Positions 17,640 through 27,559 are shown, counted from the first letter of the stretch. The stretch is DNA of 64,000 bases from Actinomycetota bacterium (GCA_020201525.1 JAIVGO010000095.1:7214-71213); one strand, 5' to 3'. The notes: generated by a model from the letters alone, not told the origin. Made by a program: numbers and translations.

Positions 17640-19126
17640 ACGCGAAGCCTTTTCCACCCGGCGCGTATCCCGTCGTCGTCATCGGCAGCGGCCCCGGCGC
17701 GCTGCAAACGAGCTACACGCTGCGCCGGCTCGGGATCGAGCATGCCGTCGTGTCCGAAGACGACGGGCCGGGCGGCATGTTCCGTCGCTTTCCGCTCTTT
17801 CAGCGACTGATCACATGGACGAAGCCATATGCGATTCGGGAGCGCGGAACGCGCGGCTACGAGTGGTACGACTGGAACAGCTTGATCGGCGAATCCGACG
17901 ACGAGCGAGCGATCGTTCCGGGCCTCATGGACGGCGTGTCGTACTTCCCCACGCGAGCCGAGATGGAACAGGGCCTCGTCACGTTTGCAGAGCGCGGCGG
18001 AATCACCGTTCGGTACGGGTGCACATGGGAATCGACGCGCCGCGACGGTGAGGAATTCGTCGTCACAACCACCGACGGGGAATTTCGCGCACAGGCCGTC
18101 GTCGTTGCCGTCGGCATGACCAAACCGTGGAAGCCTTCGATCGCCGGCTTGGACGAGGTCCCGCATTACGTCGACGTGCGGCCCGTCCGCGAGTACGCCG
18201 GCAAGCGCATATTCGTCATGGGCAAGCGCAATTCCGGATTCGAGATCGCCGATGCGTTGCTACCGTGGGCGCGCCAGATCGTCCTGGGTTCGCCGCGGCC
18301 GGCACGAATCTCAGTTCTTGCGAAGTCGACCGCGGCGGCGCGGGCGCGGTACTTGCAGCCGTACGAAGACCACGTTCTCGGCGGCGGCAACATCGTCCTC
18401 GATGCCGCAATCGAGCGCGTCGAGCGTACCGCCCCCGGGTACCGCGTGTTCGCGAAAGGCACGACGATGCCGGGTGATCTCGTGCTCGACGTCGACGAGG
18501 TCATTGCGGCAACCGGGTTCAGCACGCCGCTGCTCGACCTTCCAGCGCTTGGCGTCGGGACGTTTTATCAAGGTCGGTTGCCGTCGCAGACTCCGTTTTG
18601 GGAAAGCGCCACGCTTCCCGGAATCTACTTCGCCGGCTCGATCACGCAGGGAGCGATTGGTCTGAAGAAGTTCGGTATTCCGAGCAACTCCGCAGCCGTC
18701 CACGGATTCCGGTACAACGCCCGCACGCTGGCGATGCACCTCGCCGAAAAGCGGTTCGGCGTGCGCATCGACCGGCCGGTCGTCGACCCGAAGAACGTCG
18801 TGGCATACCTGCTCGACGAGGTGACGAAGGCACCGGAGCTTTGGAACCAGCAGTCCTACCTTGCCCGCGCTCTCAGTTTCAACGAGACGCGCGGCATCAC
18901 CGACGAAGGAATTGTGCCGCTCGCGCACTTCGTCGATGCGACCGGCCCCGATTCGGTCGCCGTCACCGTCGAAACGACGGCCGAAGGCGAAATCCGGCCG
19001 GCCGTCTATGTCCGCCGCGGCGGCCGTGTCGACGAGCACAGCCTCGCACCGCATCCGATGCACGATTTCGAAACAGCCGACCACGACGCGCAACTCTCAT
19101 CACTGCTCAAAGGGTTGCTCGATTGA
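17627..19126 (+). CDS. FAD/NAD(P)-binding oxidoreductase (flavin monooxygenase/pyridine-nucleotide-disulfide oxidoreductase-like)
   Basis: Track ORF 17519..19126. Rossmann motif VVVIGSGPGAL near the N-terminus and a second dinucleotide motif IFVMGKRNSGFE. Start is probably the GTG at 17627 (VAKLDAKPF), overlapping the cNMP gene end. The start is uncertain. Confidence 0.6.
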   Translation: MAKLDAKPFPPGAYPVVVIGSGPGALQTSYTLRRLGIEHAVVSEDDGPGGMFRRFPLFQRLITWTKPYAIRERGTRGYEWYDWNSLIGESDDERAIVPGLMDGVSYFPTRAEMEQGLVTFAERGGITVRYGCTWESTRRDGEEFVVTTTDGEFRAQAVVVAVGMTKPWKPSIAGLDEVPHYVDVRPVREYAGKRIFVMGKRNSGFEIADALLPWARQIVLGSPRPARISVLAKSTAAARARYLQPYEDHVLGGGNIVLDAAIERVERTAPGYRVFAKGTTMPGDLVLDVDEVIAATGFSTPLLDLPALGVGTFYQGRLPSQTPFWESATLPGIYFAGSITQGAIGLKKFGIPSNSAAVHGFRYNARTLAMHLAEKRFGVRIDRPVVDPKNVVAYLLDEVTKAPELWNQQSYLARALSFNETRGITDEGIVPLAHFVDATGPDSVAVTVETTAEGEIRPAVYVRRGGRVDEHSLAPHPMHDFETADHDAQLSSLLKGLLD

Positions 19127-19143
19127 AATGGAGGAGGCACCGC

Positions 19144-19572
19144 ATGGACTCACCGCCCGATGATGTGCTCCGGCAGATCTACGCCGATACGAAAACTATC
19201 GCCGTCGTCGGCGCGTCCGGCGACGACAGCAAACCCGGACACACGATCCCTCGCTACTTGCAGAGCCAAGGGTTTCGCATCATTCCGGTGAGCCCGAAAG
19301 GCGGCGAGCTCCTCGGCGAGCGCGTCTACATGTCGTTGAAGGAGATCGAAGAGCCGGTGGACGTCGTCGACGTCTTTCGTCCGTCCGACGAGACGCCCGG
19401 CATTGCGCGGGACGCGGTCGACCTCGGCGCGAAAGTGCTGTGGCTCCAAAGCGGAATCGAGTCCGACGAAGCGAAGGCGATCGCGACGGATGGCGGCTTG
19501 GTCGTCGTGATGGACCGCTGCATGGGCGCCACGCACGGTCAGCTCGGTCTCGGACCGGGTCCACACGGCTGA
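19144..19572 (+). CDS. CoA-binding domain protein (YccU/YneT-like)
   Basis: Real gene is the C-terminal part of track ORF 18598..19572. MDSPPDDVLRQIYADTKTIAVVGASGDDSKPGHTIPRYL matches the CoA_binding_2 fold. Confidence 0.65.
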   Translation: MDSPPDDVLRQIYADTKTIAVVGASGDDSKPGHTIPRYLQSQGFRIIPVSPKGGELLGERVYMSLKEIEEPVDVVDVFRPSDETPGIARDAVDLGAKVLWLQSGIESDEAKAIATDGGLVVVMDRCMGATHGQLGLGPGPHG

Positions 19573-19574
19573 TC

Positions 19575-20429
19575 ATGCGGAAATATGTCGCAGCTCTCGT
19601 TGCCGTAACCGCGCTCGCCACCGCAGCGTGCGCAAAGGAAAACTCTCTCGCGCTCGTCACAGGGGCATCGTCGAAAACACTCGCTGCGAAGACGGCACGC
19701 ATATCGGTTGTCGTGTCGGCCGGTGGCCTTCAAATGCCGGCGGGGAACATCAGCGCAGACGGCGCGTTCGATTTCACGGCGCGTCGCGGGTTGATGAGCA
19801 TCGATGCGTCCTCGCTCGGGCTGCCGGCCGGTGTCGGCAAGATCGAAACGAGGGTCATCGGCACGGTGATCTACATGAAGATCCCAACGCTCGCCGACCA
19901 GCTCCAAGGGAAGACCTGGCTAAAGCTCGATTTTCAAGCCGCCGGCAAGAAAGCCGGGGTCGACATCAGTAGCTTGCAACAGCTGCAAAGCAACGATCCA
20001 ACTGCGGCCTTGAATTTCCTACGCGGCGCGACGAGCATCGAGACCGTCGGCACCGCGCGGGTTCGTGGCGCGACGACGACGCACTACAGGGCGCGGGTTG
20101 ATTTAGTGAAAGCGGCCGGCAAAGTCACTGCGGATCAGAAAACGGCCCTGACGAACGCCGCCGCGATCCTCGGCGATCGGGCCATCCCGATGGATGTGTG
20201 GGTCGACAAGGCGGGGAGAATGCGGCGCCTCACCTACACAGTTGATTTTTCGAAGGTCCGGCTTCCCAAAAGCAGCGGCATTCCGCAGCGCAGCGGAACG
20301 CTGACGATGACGATGGAGCTCTATGACTTCGGAATCTCCGTGGACGTCGCCGCGCCGCCTGCGCCGGATGTCGCCGATTACGGCGCGCTGACGGGCGAAG
20401 GGTCCGGCATCGGGTCGATCACGAAGTAA
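19575..20429 (+). CDS. Hypothetical lipoprotein
   Basis: MRKYVAALVAVTALATAACAKE signal with a lipobox Cys. The start lies 2 nt after the upstream stop. Confidence 0.55.
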   Translation: MRKYVAALVAVTALATAACAKENSLALVTGASSKTLAAKTARISVVVSAGGLQMPAGNISADGAFDFTARRGLMSIDASSLGLPAGVGKIETRVIGTVIYMKIPTLADQLQGKTWLKLDFQAAGKKAGVDISSLQQLQSNDPTAALNFLRGATSIETVGTARVRGATTTHYRARVDLVKAAGKVTADQKTALTNAAAILGDRAIPMDVWVDKAGRMRRLTYTVDFSKVRLPKSSGIPQRSGTLTMTMELYDFGISVDVAAPPAPDVADYGALTGEGSGIGSITK

Positions 20430-20603
20430 TTTTCGGAAGGCTCAGACTCCGCCGGTCATTGCCCTGGACGGATCCGCGCGCGCGTGTCGGCTCCCGTCGC
20501 CCCGGCCTCGAGGCGTACTCATGCTCGTCTCCTTCCGGGGGTGCGCTCACCCAACTTTTTCCCCCACCCACCGGACTGGTAATCGGTTTTCCTCGAAGCA
20601 AGC

Positions 20604-21149
20604 GTGGGAAGCCCTCAGGTCGTGACGAAGCACATCAACGACGACGCGATCGCTCTGCTGGTGAACGATCACCGCGAGATCGAGAGCATGATTGATTCGA
20701 TCGAAAATGAGTTCGATACGCCCGAAGAACGGCGCGAGGCGCTCGACGAGCTTCTTGAGGAGGTAGGACGAAACGTTGCCGTCGAGGAGCTGATCCTGTA
20801 TCCCGCAATTGCACGTGCTGCCGGCGAGGACGCAGTCGATGCCGCGCTCGAACGCACCAGCTCGATCCGCGAGCTTCTCGCAGCAATCGAAGGGACGAGC
20901 GAAAACGGCGGCGACAACACTTTGCTCACGACGCTCATCGAAGAGGTGCGCGATCACTTCGAAGATGAAGAGTCCACGCTCTTCGCCATCGTCACGGAGC
21001 TGCTCGCGGAGAAAGACCTTGACCGGCTAGCCGTTGAGATCGCGGTCGCAAAGGAAACGGTAAGCCCGGAAGTGGATCTCGATCGCAGTCCGGTTCAGCG
21101 TCTACGAGACGCAATCGCCCGGCGATCGCAGACAACGACGGGCGATTAA
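20604..21149 (+). CDS. Hemerythrin-like (HHE cation-binding) domain protein
   Basis: HREIESMID, ELILYPA and HFEDEE motifs. Begins at a GTG per the ORF track. Confidence 0.5.
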   Translation: MGSPQVVTKHINDDAIALLVNDHREIESMIDSIENEFDTPEERREALDELLEEVGRNVAVEELILYPAIARAAGEDAVDAALERTSSIRELLAAIEGTSENGGDNTLLTTLIEEVRDHFEDEESTLFAIVTELLAEKDLDRLAVEIAVAKETVSPEVDLDRSPVQRLRDAIARRSQTTTGD

Positions 21150-21808
21150 GAGCGCCGGCGGGGCTTCTTCGGCGTCTTCACCGCGGCGACGGCGGGTGTG
21201 AGCGTTTCGACCGCTCGCCAGCAGTACCACGCGGCGACGGAGCGGTACGGACGAAAACGTTCACCAAAAGCGGCCAGCTCTTTCGGTTTGGGGAGGTCCG
21301 GGAGACCGTACGCGCGCGCATACCCTTTCCGGACGCCGTAATCATCGACCGGCCACACATCCAGCCTGCCGAGCTGAAACATCAAGAACATCTCCGCCGT
21401 CCAGCGGCCGATGCCGCGCACTGCGACGAGCCGCTCGATCACGTCTTCATCTTTCAGCCTGCCGATGCCACGAAGCGGAACGGTGCCGTCGGCGACTTTG
21501 GCGGCGAGGTCGCGAATCGACGCCGTCTTCGCGCGGCTGAGCCCGGCCCGGGTAAACACACCGTCGGGAGCCGCCGAGACGTGCTCCGGCGTCAAGCCGG
21601 CATCGAACTGCCCGACGAATCGCGCGTGGATTGCCGCTGCGGCCTTCCCGGCGAGCTGCTGGTACACGATCGATTCCACGAGCGCGGCGAAGTGATCGCC
21701 GCGACCCTTGCGCAGCGTGCACGGCCCGTGCCGTTGCACGAGACCGCGCATCACCCTGTCGGCTCCTCCGACGGCGTCGTCGCCTTCCTTGACGGTCCCG
21801 ATGAGCAT
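21146..21808 (-). CDS. HhH-GPD superfamily DNA glycosylase, AlkA-like (3-methyladenine DNA glycosylase II)
   Basis: Track ORF 21146..22021(-). Start placed at MLIGTVKEGDD. FAALVESIVYQQLAGKAAAAIHARF and VWPVDDYGVRKG (catalytic Asp loop) are AlkA hallmarks. Confidence 0.65.
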   Translation of the reverse strand: MLIGTVKEGDDAVGGADRVMRGLVQRHGPCTLRKGRGDHFAALVESIVYQQLAGKAAAAIHARFVGQFDAGLTPEHVSAAPDGVFTRAGLSRAKTASIRDLAAKVADGTVPLRGIGRLKDEDVIERLVAVRGIGRWTAEMFLMFQLGRLDVWPVDDYGVRKGYARAYGLPDLPKPKELAAFGERFRPYRSVAAWYCWRAVETLTPAVAAVKTPKKPRRRS

Positions 21809-21869
21809 CTCCTTGGTGCGAAAAGCCGAATTATCACAGACGGCAGAGACATTAGGATGAGCCGCAATC

Positions 21870-23180
21870 GTGGCCGACGACCCAATCGACGAGGAGGTTG
21901 CCGAAGGGCGCCCGGTTTCACTGCACGCCCGCTTCGGACGCAGGGTGCGGGCCGTGAGTATCGACCTGTCGCCGCTTCGCACCAGCCGCGACTTCCGGCT
22001 GCTGTGGTTCGGCGAGATCATTTCCGAAAGCGGTCACCAGATCACCGTGGTCGCAGTCTTCTATCAAGTGTTCCGGCTCACGCATTCGCCCGTCGCCGTC
22101 GGCCTCGTCGGGCTCGTCCAGCTCATTCCGCTGCTGATTGCGACGATCGGCGGCGGACCGCTCGTCGACCGCGTCGATCGGCGGATCCTGTTGCTCTGGA
22201 CGCAAATACTGTTCGCTATCACCTCCGGCATCCTGCTCTACGGCGCGGTGAACGGTCATCCACCGCTGGCGCTCATCTACATCGCGGTCACCGCCTCGGC
22301 GGCATGCGGCGGGCTCGCGTCTCCGACACGATCATCACTCGTCCCGAATCTCGTGCCGCGCGAGCAACTGGCGGCGGCGATCTCGCTCAACCAGCTCATG
22401 TGGAATGCCGCGATGGTGATCGGTCCGGCCATCGGCGGAATCGTCATCGCCAAGGCGGGGCTTACGTGGGCGTACTTCGTCGACGTCGTCACGTATGCGT
22501 TCACGATCGGCGCAGCCGTGCTCATGAGCCCGCAGCCGCCTCGCCGCGACGAGCAATCCGATCGCCCGAGCGGATGGCACGCGGTCGTCGAAGCCTTTTC
22601 TTTTCTCCAGGGGCGTCGTGTCCTGCAATCGACATTCATCGTCGATCTTGTCGCGATGGTCTTCGGAATGCCGCGTGCGCTCTTTCCGATCCTTGCAGTG
22701 ACACAATTCCACAAGGGTCCCGAGGTCGTCGGTGCGCTTTTTTCGGCGATCTCCGTCGGTGCCGTCGCCGGCGTCCTCACGTCCGGCTGGATGTCGCGCA
22801 TTGAGCACCAGGGTCGCGCCGTGCTGATCGCCGTCGGGGTGTGGGGAGCCGGCATCGCCGGGTTCGGGCTCACCGGACGGCAGCTCGTGCCGGCGCTGTT
22901 TCTCCTTGCCCTGGCCGGCGCCGCCGATGTGATCTCGGCCGTCTTTCGCGGCGTGATCTTGCAATCCAATGTGCCGGACGCACTTCGAGGACGCCTGTCT
23001 GCCGTCCACATCCTCGTCGTGACCGGCGGCCCTCGGCTCGGTGACATGGAAGCCGGAATCATGGCGCAGCTTTTCTCTCCGGCCGTATCGGTGGTATCCG
23101 GCGGTCTCATCTGCGTCGCCGGCGTCGTCATCCTCGCGCTCGGCGTCCCCGAGTTGCGGCGGTACCGCGCGGCACGGTGA
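21870..23180 (+). CDS. MFS transporter (EntS/MFS_3-like)
   Basis: 12 predicted TM segments and an MFS-like repeat architecture. GTG start. Confidence 0.7.
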   Translation: MADDPIDEEVAEGRPVSLHARFGRRVRAVSIDLSPLRTSRDFRLLWFGEIISESGHQITVVAVFYQVFRLTHSPVAVGLVGLVQLIPLLIATIGGGPLVDRVDRRILLLWTQILFAITSGILLYGAVNGHPPLALIYIAVTASAACGGLASPTRSSLVPNLVPREQLAAAISLNQLMWNAAMVIGPAIGGIVIAKAGLTWAYFVDVVTYAFTIGAAVLMSPQPPRRDEQSDRPSGWHAVVEAFSFLQGRRVLQSTFIVDLVAMVFGMPRALFPILAVTQFHKGPEVVGALFSAISVGAVAGVLTSGWMSRIEHQGRAVLIAVGVWGAGIAGFGLTGRQLVPALFLLALAGAADVISAVFRGVILQSNVPDALRGRLSAVHILVVTGGPRLGDMEAGIMAQLFSPAVSVVSGGLICVAGVVILALGVPELRRYRAAR

Positions 23181-23342
23181 TCCGGCAAACCGGGCGTGGC
23201 GAGCCTCCCAAAGCAGCACAAATGCCGCGACCTGAGAAATCTCCGTATCGGATCGGTGGACTGTTTCGTTTTGTGTGGTACGAGGCGACGACTGTGCTCG
23301 TTTTGTGTTGAAGACAACAAGCAATGCCGAAGGAGCAGTGGG

Positions 23343-24257
23343 ATGCGACTAACCCGGGGACGCCGAATCACCGTGGCGGCTGCAGCCGTCCTGATACTTG
23401 CCGTTGCAATTCCTGCGCTGAGTGCGACCGGAGCGGGCACGGTTTCGTTCGCGACGCCGCGCGTGCGCGGAGCCGTCCGCGGCAGCACGCCTGTGTCCTG
23501 GGCCTATCAGGCCGGTGACATAGTCAAGAGCACATCCCACGTGACGATCAGTGCGACGACAGGCTCGTCGTGGAAGGTCGTCGCACAAAACTTGTGGATT
23601 CAGGGTGGCGGCTTCTGGTGGGACACCACGAAGTGGACCGACGGCGTGTACGCCCTTCGTGTCGGGGTGGACGGCACATCGGTGCAGGGCTTCGTCTATC
23701 CGGTCTACGTCGATAACACGAACCCCGTCGTGCGCCTGACGAGCCCGGCCCACGACTTGAGCACCGGAACCGAAGCCCCACTCGCCATCGTTCAAGGCAA
23801 CCAAACGCTCGATGTGCGCGCAACCGACGCAACCTCGGGCGTGCGTCTCGTCCGTTGGATTCTGGATGGAAAAGAGATCGCGCGGGGATACCCGGTCAAA
23901 TACAACTTCAACTGGAAACCCGGTCAGCACATCTTGACGGCGTTCGCCACCGACATGGCCGGCAACACGTCCTCGGATTCAATGACGATCATCGCGATTC
24001 CCGATTCGACCATCACCACGGATCCACCGCCGAATCCGGGCGACATCGTCCCCGACGTCAACGACACGCCGTCCCCGTCGGTTCCCGGAGGAATCGAGCC
24101 ACCCGTGCTGCCGACGCCGGACGTCGGTGTGCCGACGCTGCCACCGGTCGACGTTCCTTCACCGGACCCGAGCGTCGTACCGGCGGTGCCGTCGCCGGAT
24201 GCATCGCCACCGCCGGTGGACGTCCCGTCGATTCCACCGACACCGCTGCCCGGCTGA
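23343..24257 (+). CDS. Secreted protein with Ig-like (Big) domain and Pro-rich C-terminal tail
   Basis: Track ORF 23196..24257. Start at MRLTRGRRITVAAAAVLILAVAIPALSA (signal peptide). Central beta-rich Ig-like region, then VPxP/PxP low-complexity tail. No LPXTG. Confidence 0.55.
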   Translation: MRLTRGRRITVAAAAVLILAVAIPALSATGAGTVSFATPRVRGAVRGSTPVSWAYQAGDIVKSTSHVTISATTGSSWKVVAQNLWIQGGGFWWDTTKWTDGVYALRVGVDGTSVQGFVYPVYVDNTNPVVRLTSPAHDLSTGTEAPLAIVQGNQTLDVRATDATSGVRLVRWILDGKEIARGYPVKYNFNWKPGQHILTAFATDMAGNTSSDSMTIIAIPDSTITTDPPPNPGDIVPDVNDTPSPSVPGGIEPPVLPTPDVGVPTLPPVDVPSPDPSVVPAVPSPDASPPPVDVPSIPPTPLPG

Positions 24258-24352
24258 CAAACGTTTCACCCGAACCGGCCCGTACCTGAAGCGCCCGGCT
24301 TTCCCCGGGCGCTTCTGCTTTTCTTGCTTCGACGCGCGGCGCCAAGGAGTGT

Positions 24353-25378
24353 TTGGTAGCCTCCATCACCGTGAGCTACAAACGGATTCTCGTCGGTACC
24401 GACGGCTCGGAAAGCGCATCGAAAGCGGTCGACCTTGCGGCCGGTCTCGCGGCCGCACTTTCCGCCGAGCTTCTCATCGTCCACGCCGGGTCGGACGAGT
24501 CCATCTTGGAGCCTGCAGTGAAATCGGCGAGCACTTTGGGCGTCAAGGTTACGAGCGAGTTTCGCGGCGGACACCCATCGGAAGTCCTCATCGATTTCGC
24601 CGACGAAAAAAATGTGGACTTGATCGTCGTCGGGGACAAAGGGCAAAGCAAAGGCAAGCGCGTTTTTCTCGGTGGTGTCCCCGATCAAGTGTCACAGCAC
24701 GCCGGATGCGACGTCCTCATTATGCGCACGACGTCGGAACAATCAGCCGAAGGCTACGAAAGAGTGCTGATCGCGACGGACGGATCTAAGACGGCCGACC
24801 GCGCCGCGCGTAAGGGCCTCGCGATCGCGGCGAGTCTGGGAGCCAAGGTCTCCCTGGTCCACGCGGGACACCCCAAAACCGGCCAGCTCCTATTGGAAGA
24901 CACCGCGAAGAATTTGGTGAGCGGCGCCCCGATCGAGGCCGAGCTCCATCCGGTCCAGGGCAATCCCGCCGAAGCGATCCTCGAGGTCGCGGAAAAGGAC
25001 CGGGCCGATCTGATCGTCGTCGGCAACAAGGGAATGACGGGGGCAAAGCGGCTGTTGCTGGGGTCCGTTCCCCTGGCGATCTCTCAATACTCGCCGTGCG
25101 ACGTGCTGATCGTGCGTACGACAACGGTGTTTGCCGCCGAGCTCGGCAAAGGTGAAGGCGCGATCATTACCGTCGACGACAAGCAGGTGGCGGCGTACCG
25201 AAAGGACGACGGATCCCTCGTCACGTTGTCGCCACGGTGCACACACATGGGATGCACGGTCGGGTGGAACGCATTCGACAAGACGTGGGATTGCCCGTGC
25301 CACGGGTCGCGATTCACCAGCGACGGTGACATGCACAACGGCCCGGCGACGAAGCCGCTGGACAAAGCCGACGTCTAG
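24353..25378 (+). CDS. Tandem universal stress protein (UspA) domains fused to a C-terminal high-potential-type Rieske [2Fe-2S] domain
   Basis: Two Usp-like halves (ILVGTDGSE...DLIVVGDKG and VLIATDGSK...DLIVVGNKG). C-terminus is CTHMGCTVGW...WDCPCHGSRF (bc1/b6f-type Rieske box with the extra Cys pair). TTG start per the track. Confidence 0.7.
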   Translation: MVASITVSYKRILVGTDGSESASKAVDLAAGLAAALSAELLIVHAGSDESILEPAVKSASTLGVKVTSEFRGGHPSEVLIDFADEKNVDLIVVGDKGQSKGKRVFLGGVPDQVSQHAGCDVLIMRTTSEQSAEGYERVLIATDGSKTADRAARKGLAIAASLGAKVSLVHAGHPKTGQLLLEDTAKNLVSGAPIEAELHPVQGNPAEAILEVAEKDRADLIVVGNKGMTGAKRLLLGSVPLAISQYSPCDVLIVRTTTVFAAELGKGEGAIITVDDKQVAAYRKDDGSLVTLSPRCTHMGCTVGWNAFDKTWDCPCHGSRFTSDGDMHNGPATKPLDKADV

Positions 25379-25854
25379 AACGGCTTCAGCACCATCATCC
25401 AGAGGATCACACCGAGCGATCCGAAACCGATCACGGCAAGCACGACGGGTATCGGCGATTGCAAGATATCTGCCAGCTCTTCCTCGCTCGCCATCGGAAC
25501 GCCCGACGCGCGCATCTGCATCTTTTCCTTCAAGCGGCGGTAGTACGGGCGTGCCATCGCGATCATCGCGACACTTGCGAACAGCAGCACGCCCAGGGAG
25601 ACCTTCGGCCACTTCTTGAAGGACCACCATTTGGGTTGCGGTCCGATCGCAGCCCACAGACCCGCGGCCGTCAGAACCCCGAGCGACACATAGAGCCAAA
25701 TCACGGTCGCACCGGACAGCTGGAGCAGCGCGGTGATCCGGTCGCGGTCGCGCTCCTTCCGCAGCTTCAAGCCGACGGAGACGGAAACCCCGTGCGCAAT
25801 CAAAAAGCCGAAAACGCCGACGAGGTGGGCGAAAACGAGCCAACTGTAGAACAT
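25375..25854 (-). CDS. Integral membrane protein (four TM helices, DUF2269-like)
   Basis: 159 aa, hydrophobic helices throughout. Overlaps the Usp-Rieske stop by 4 nt on the opposite strand. Confidence 0.5.
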   Translation of the reverse strand: MFYSWLVFAHLVGVFGFLIAHGVSVSVGLKLRKERDRDRITALLQLSGATVIWLYVSLGVLTAAGLWAAIGPQPKWWSFKKWPKVSLGVLLFASVAMIAMARPYYRRLKEKMQMRASGVPMASEEELADILQSPIPVVLAVIGFGSLGVILWMMVLKPF

Positions 25855-26080
25855 ACGGTGCTCTCCTTGGTCGCGTCAGCGCCGAAAGTGTAACGGTTCC
25901 GGCTCGTGTACGTCCGCACAGATATACGAAAGCCCACAACTACGACAAGAAGGAGACAAGCGCCGCTCGATCGTTCGAATTTATCTCTTTGCTTCTGCGT
26001 GTCGATGAGTACACTGGCTTGTGCGTGTCGGCGAGTACACGCGCATCGGGCGAACTGTTATCTATCGAAGGACAATCGGG

Positions 26081-27559
26081 TTGAGAAAGACTTTCTTTGC
26101 GTTCTTCTTCTCCCTTGCTCTGCTATCGGGAACACACAACGCATTCGCCGCGCCTTCCGTTTCGGTACCCGACGGCTACACGATCACCACCCAGCGACAG
26201 TTGGCACCGGGGCTCACCCACGTTCAGATGGCGAGCTTTTCGCCGCCCGAGCGGGTGAACATTGCGCTGCTCGCGCACGGCTCGAAGCTCGAATTGCGCA
26301 CGGTGCTCTCGAACGACGCGATCGCCGAGGACGGTCCGCGGCTCGAGCGAACCTCCTCGATGTGCCTGCGCATCCGGTGCGTCGTGGCCGTGAACGGCGA
26401 CTTCTACGCCGAAGCCGGACAACCGGTGGGGGGCCTCGTGAGCGGTGGTGAGCTGGTCCGCACGCCGAATAACTCGCATCACCAGCTTTTGATCCAGCCG
26501 GGCCAACCTCCCGTCGCCGAAACTGCGTTCCCGTGGAAAGGGACACTCGTCTCGACCGATCTGCAGGGCCTCTCGCTCGACGGCGTAAACGTCGACCGCG
26601 GAACCGGAAAGCTCGTCCTATACACACCTGCCTTCGGGCCGAGCACACGGACGAACGATTTTGGCGTGGAGCTCACGATCGACATCGTGCAACCCTCGGG
26701 GCCGCTGCGCCTCGGGCGAACGGCGCTCGTCCGCGTCACCGGCATCCGCGAGAATGCGGGCGACACGTCCATCCCGGCCGGGGGCGCGGTTCTCTCCGGC
26801 CACAACGAGCGCGCATACGATCTCATCGACCTCTGGCACCGGATACAGACGCAAGCCACGAGCGCGGAGGCACTGCTCCGGATCGAATCAACGCCGGAGC
26901 TTGCCGAAAGCGTCGGCGGAACGCCGATCCTCGTCCGCAACGGAAGCCGGTGGTTCGGCGACGAAAACCGTTCCTTCTATAAGGGACGCCACCCGCGCAC
27001 GATCGTCGGCTGGAACGACGCCGGCGACGTCTTTTTGGTGACGGTCGACGGCCGACAATCCGGTGACAGTGTGGGAATGACGCTGGGTGAAGCGGCGTCT
27101 TTCATGATCGGGCTCGGTGCAACCGACGCGCTCAATCTCGACGGCGGCGGATCGACGACGTTCGTTACGCGCGGCGCCGTCCTCAATCGGCCGAGCGACC
27201 GGATCGTCATTCGATCGGGGCACGAGCAAATCGTCCGCGAGGCTGGTGCCGGCGAACACGTGCTCGGCTACGTCGAGCGTCCCGTTTCCGTCGCACTCGC
27301 AATCGTTGCGCCCGGCGACCGGACGAGCGGGCTCGGCGATCCATTCGCGGCCGGACCCATCACGCTTCCGGACGTACGTACCGCAGTTCCGTCGTCACCG
27401 GCAGTCGCGCGGACCGCCGGCACCGCGCCGGCCGTCGTGTCACCGATGGGTGTAGAGCTGCCGGCGACGTCGCACGACGATGTGGCAGGCGCAATCGCAT
27501 TGATCGTCATTGCGCTGGCGGCAATCGTGGGACGGCGGCGGCTCGCACCGGCCGGCTGA
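26081..27559 (+). CDS. Phosphodiester glycosidase-family (DUF2233/NAGPA-like) secreted protein with C-terminal membrane anchor
   Basis: Track ORF 26021..27559. Start probably the TTG at 26081 (LRKTFFAFFFSLALLSGTHNAFA signal) with a GAAGGA RBS. ALNLDGGGSTTF motif typical of DUF2233. C-terminal AIALIVIALAAIVGRRR TM and stop-transfer. Confidence 0.6.
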   Translation: MRKTFFAFFFSLALLSGTHNAFAAPSVSVPDGYTITTQRQLAPGLTHVQMASFSPPERVNIALLAHGSKLELRTVLSNDAIAEDGPRLERTSSMCLRIRCVVAVNGDFYAEAGQPVGGLVSGGELVRTPNNSHHQLLIQPGQPPVAETAFPWKGTLVSTDLQGLSLDGVNVDRGTGKLVLYTPAFGPSTRTNDFGVELTIDIVQPSGPLRLGRTALVRVTGIRENAGDTSIPAGGAVLSGHNERAYDLIDLWHRIQTQATSAEALLRIESTPELAESVGGTPILVRNGSRWFGDENRSFYKGRHPRTIVGWNDAGDVFLVTVDGRQSGDSVGMTLGEAASFMIGLGATDALNLDGGGSTTFVTRGAVLNRPSDRIVIRSGHEQIVREAGAGEHVLGYVERPVSVALAIVAPGDRTSGLGDPFAAGPITLPDVRTAVPSSPAVARTAGTAPAVVSPMGVELPATSHDDVAGAIALIVIALAAIVGRRRLAPAG

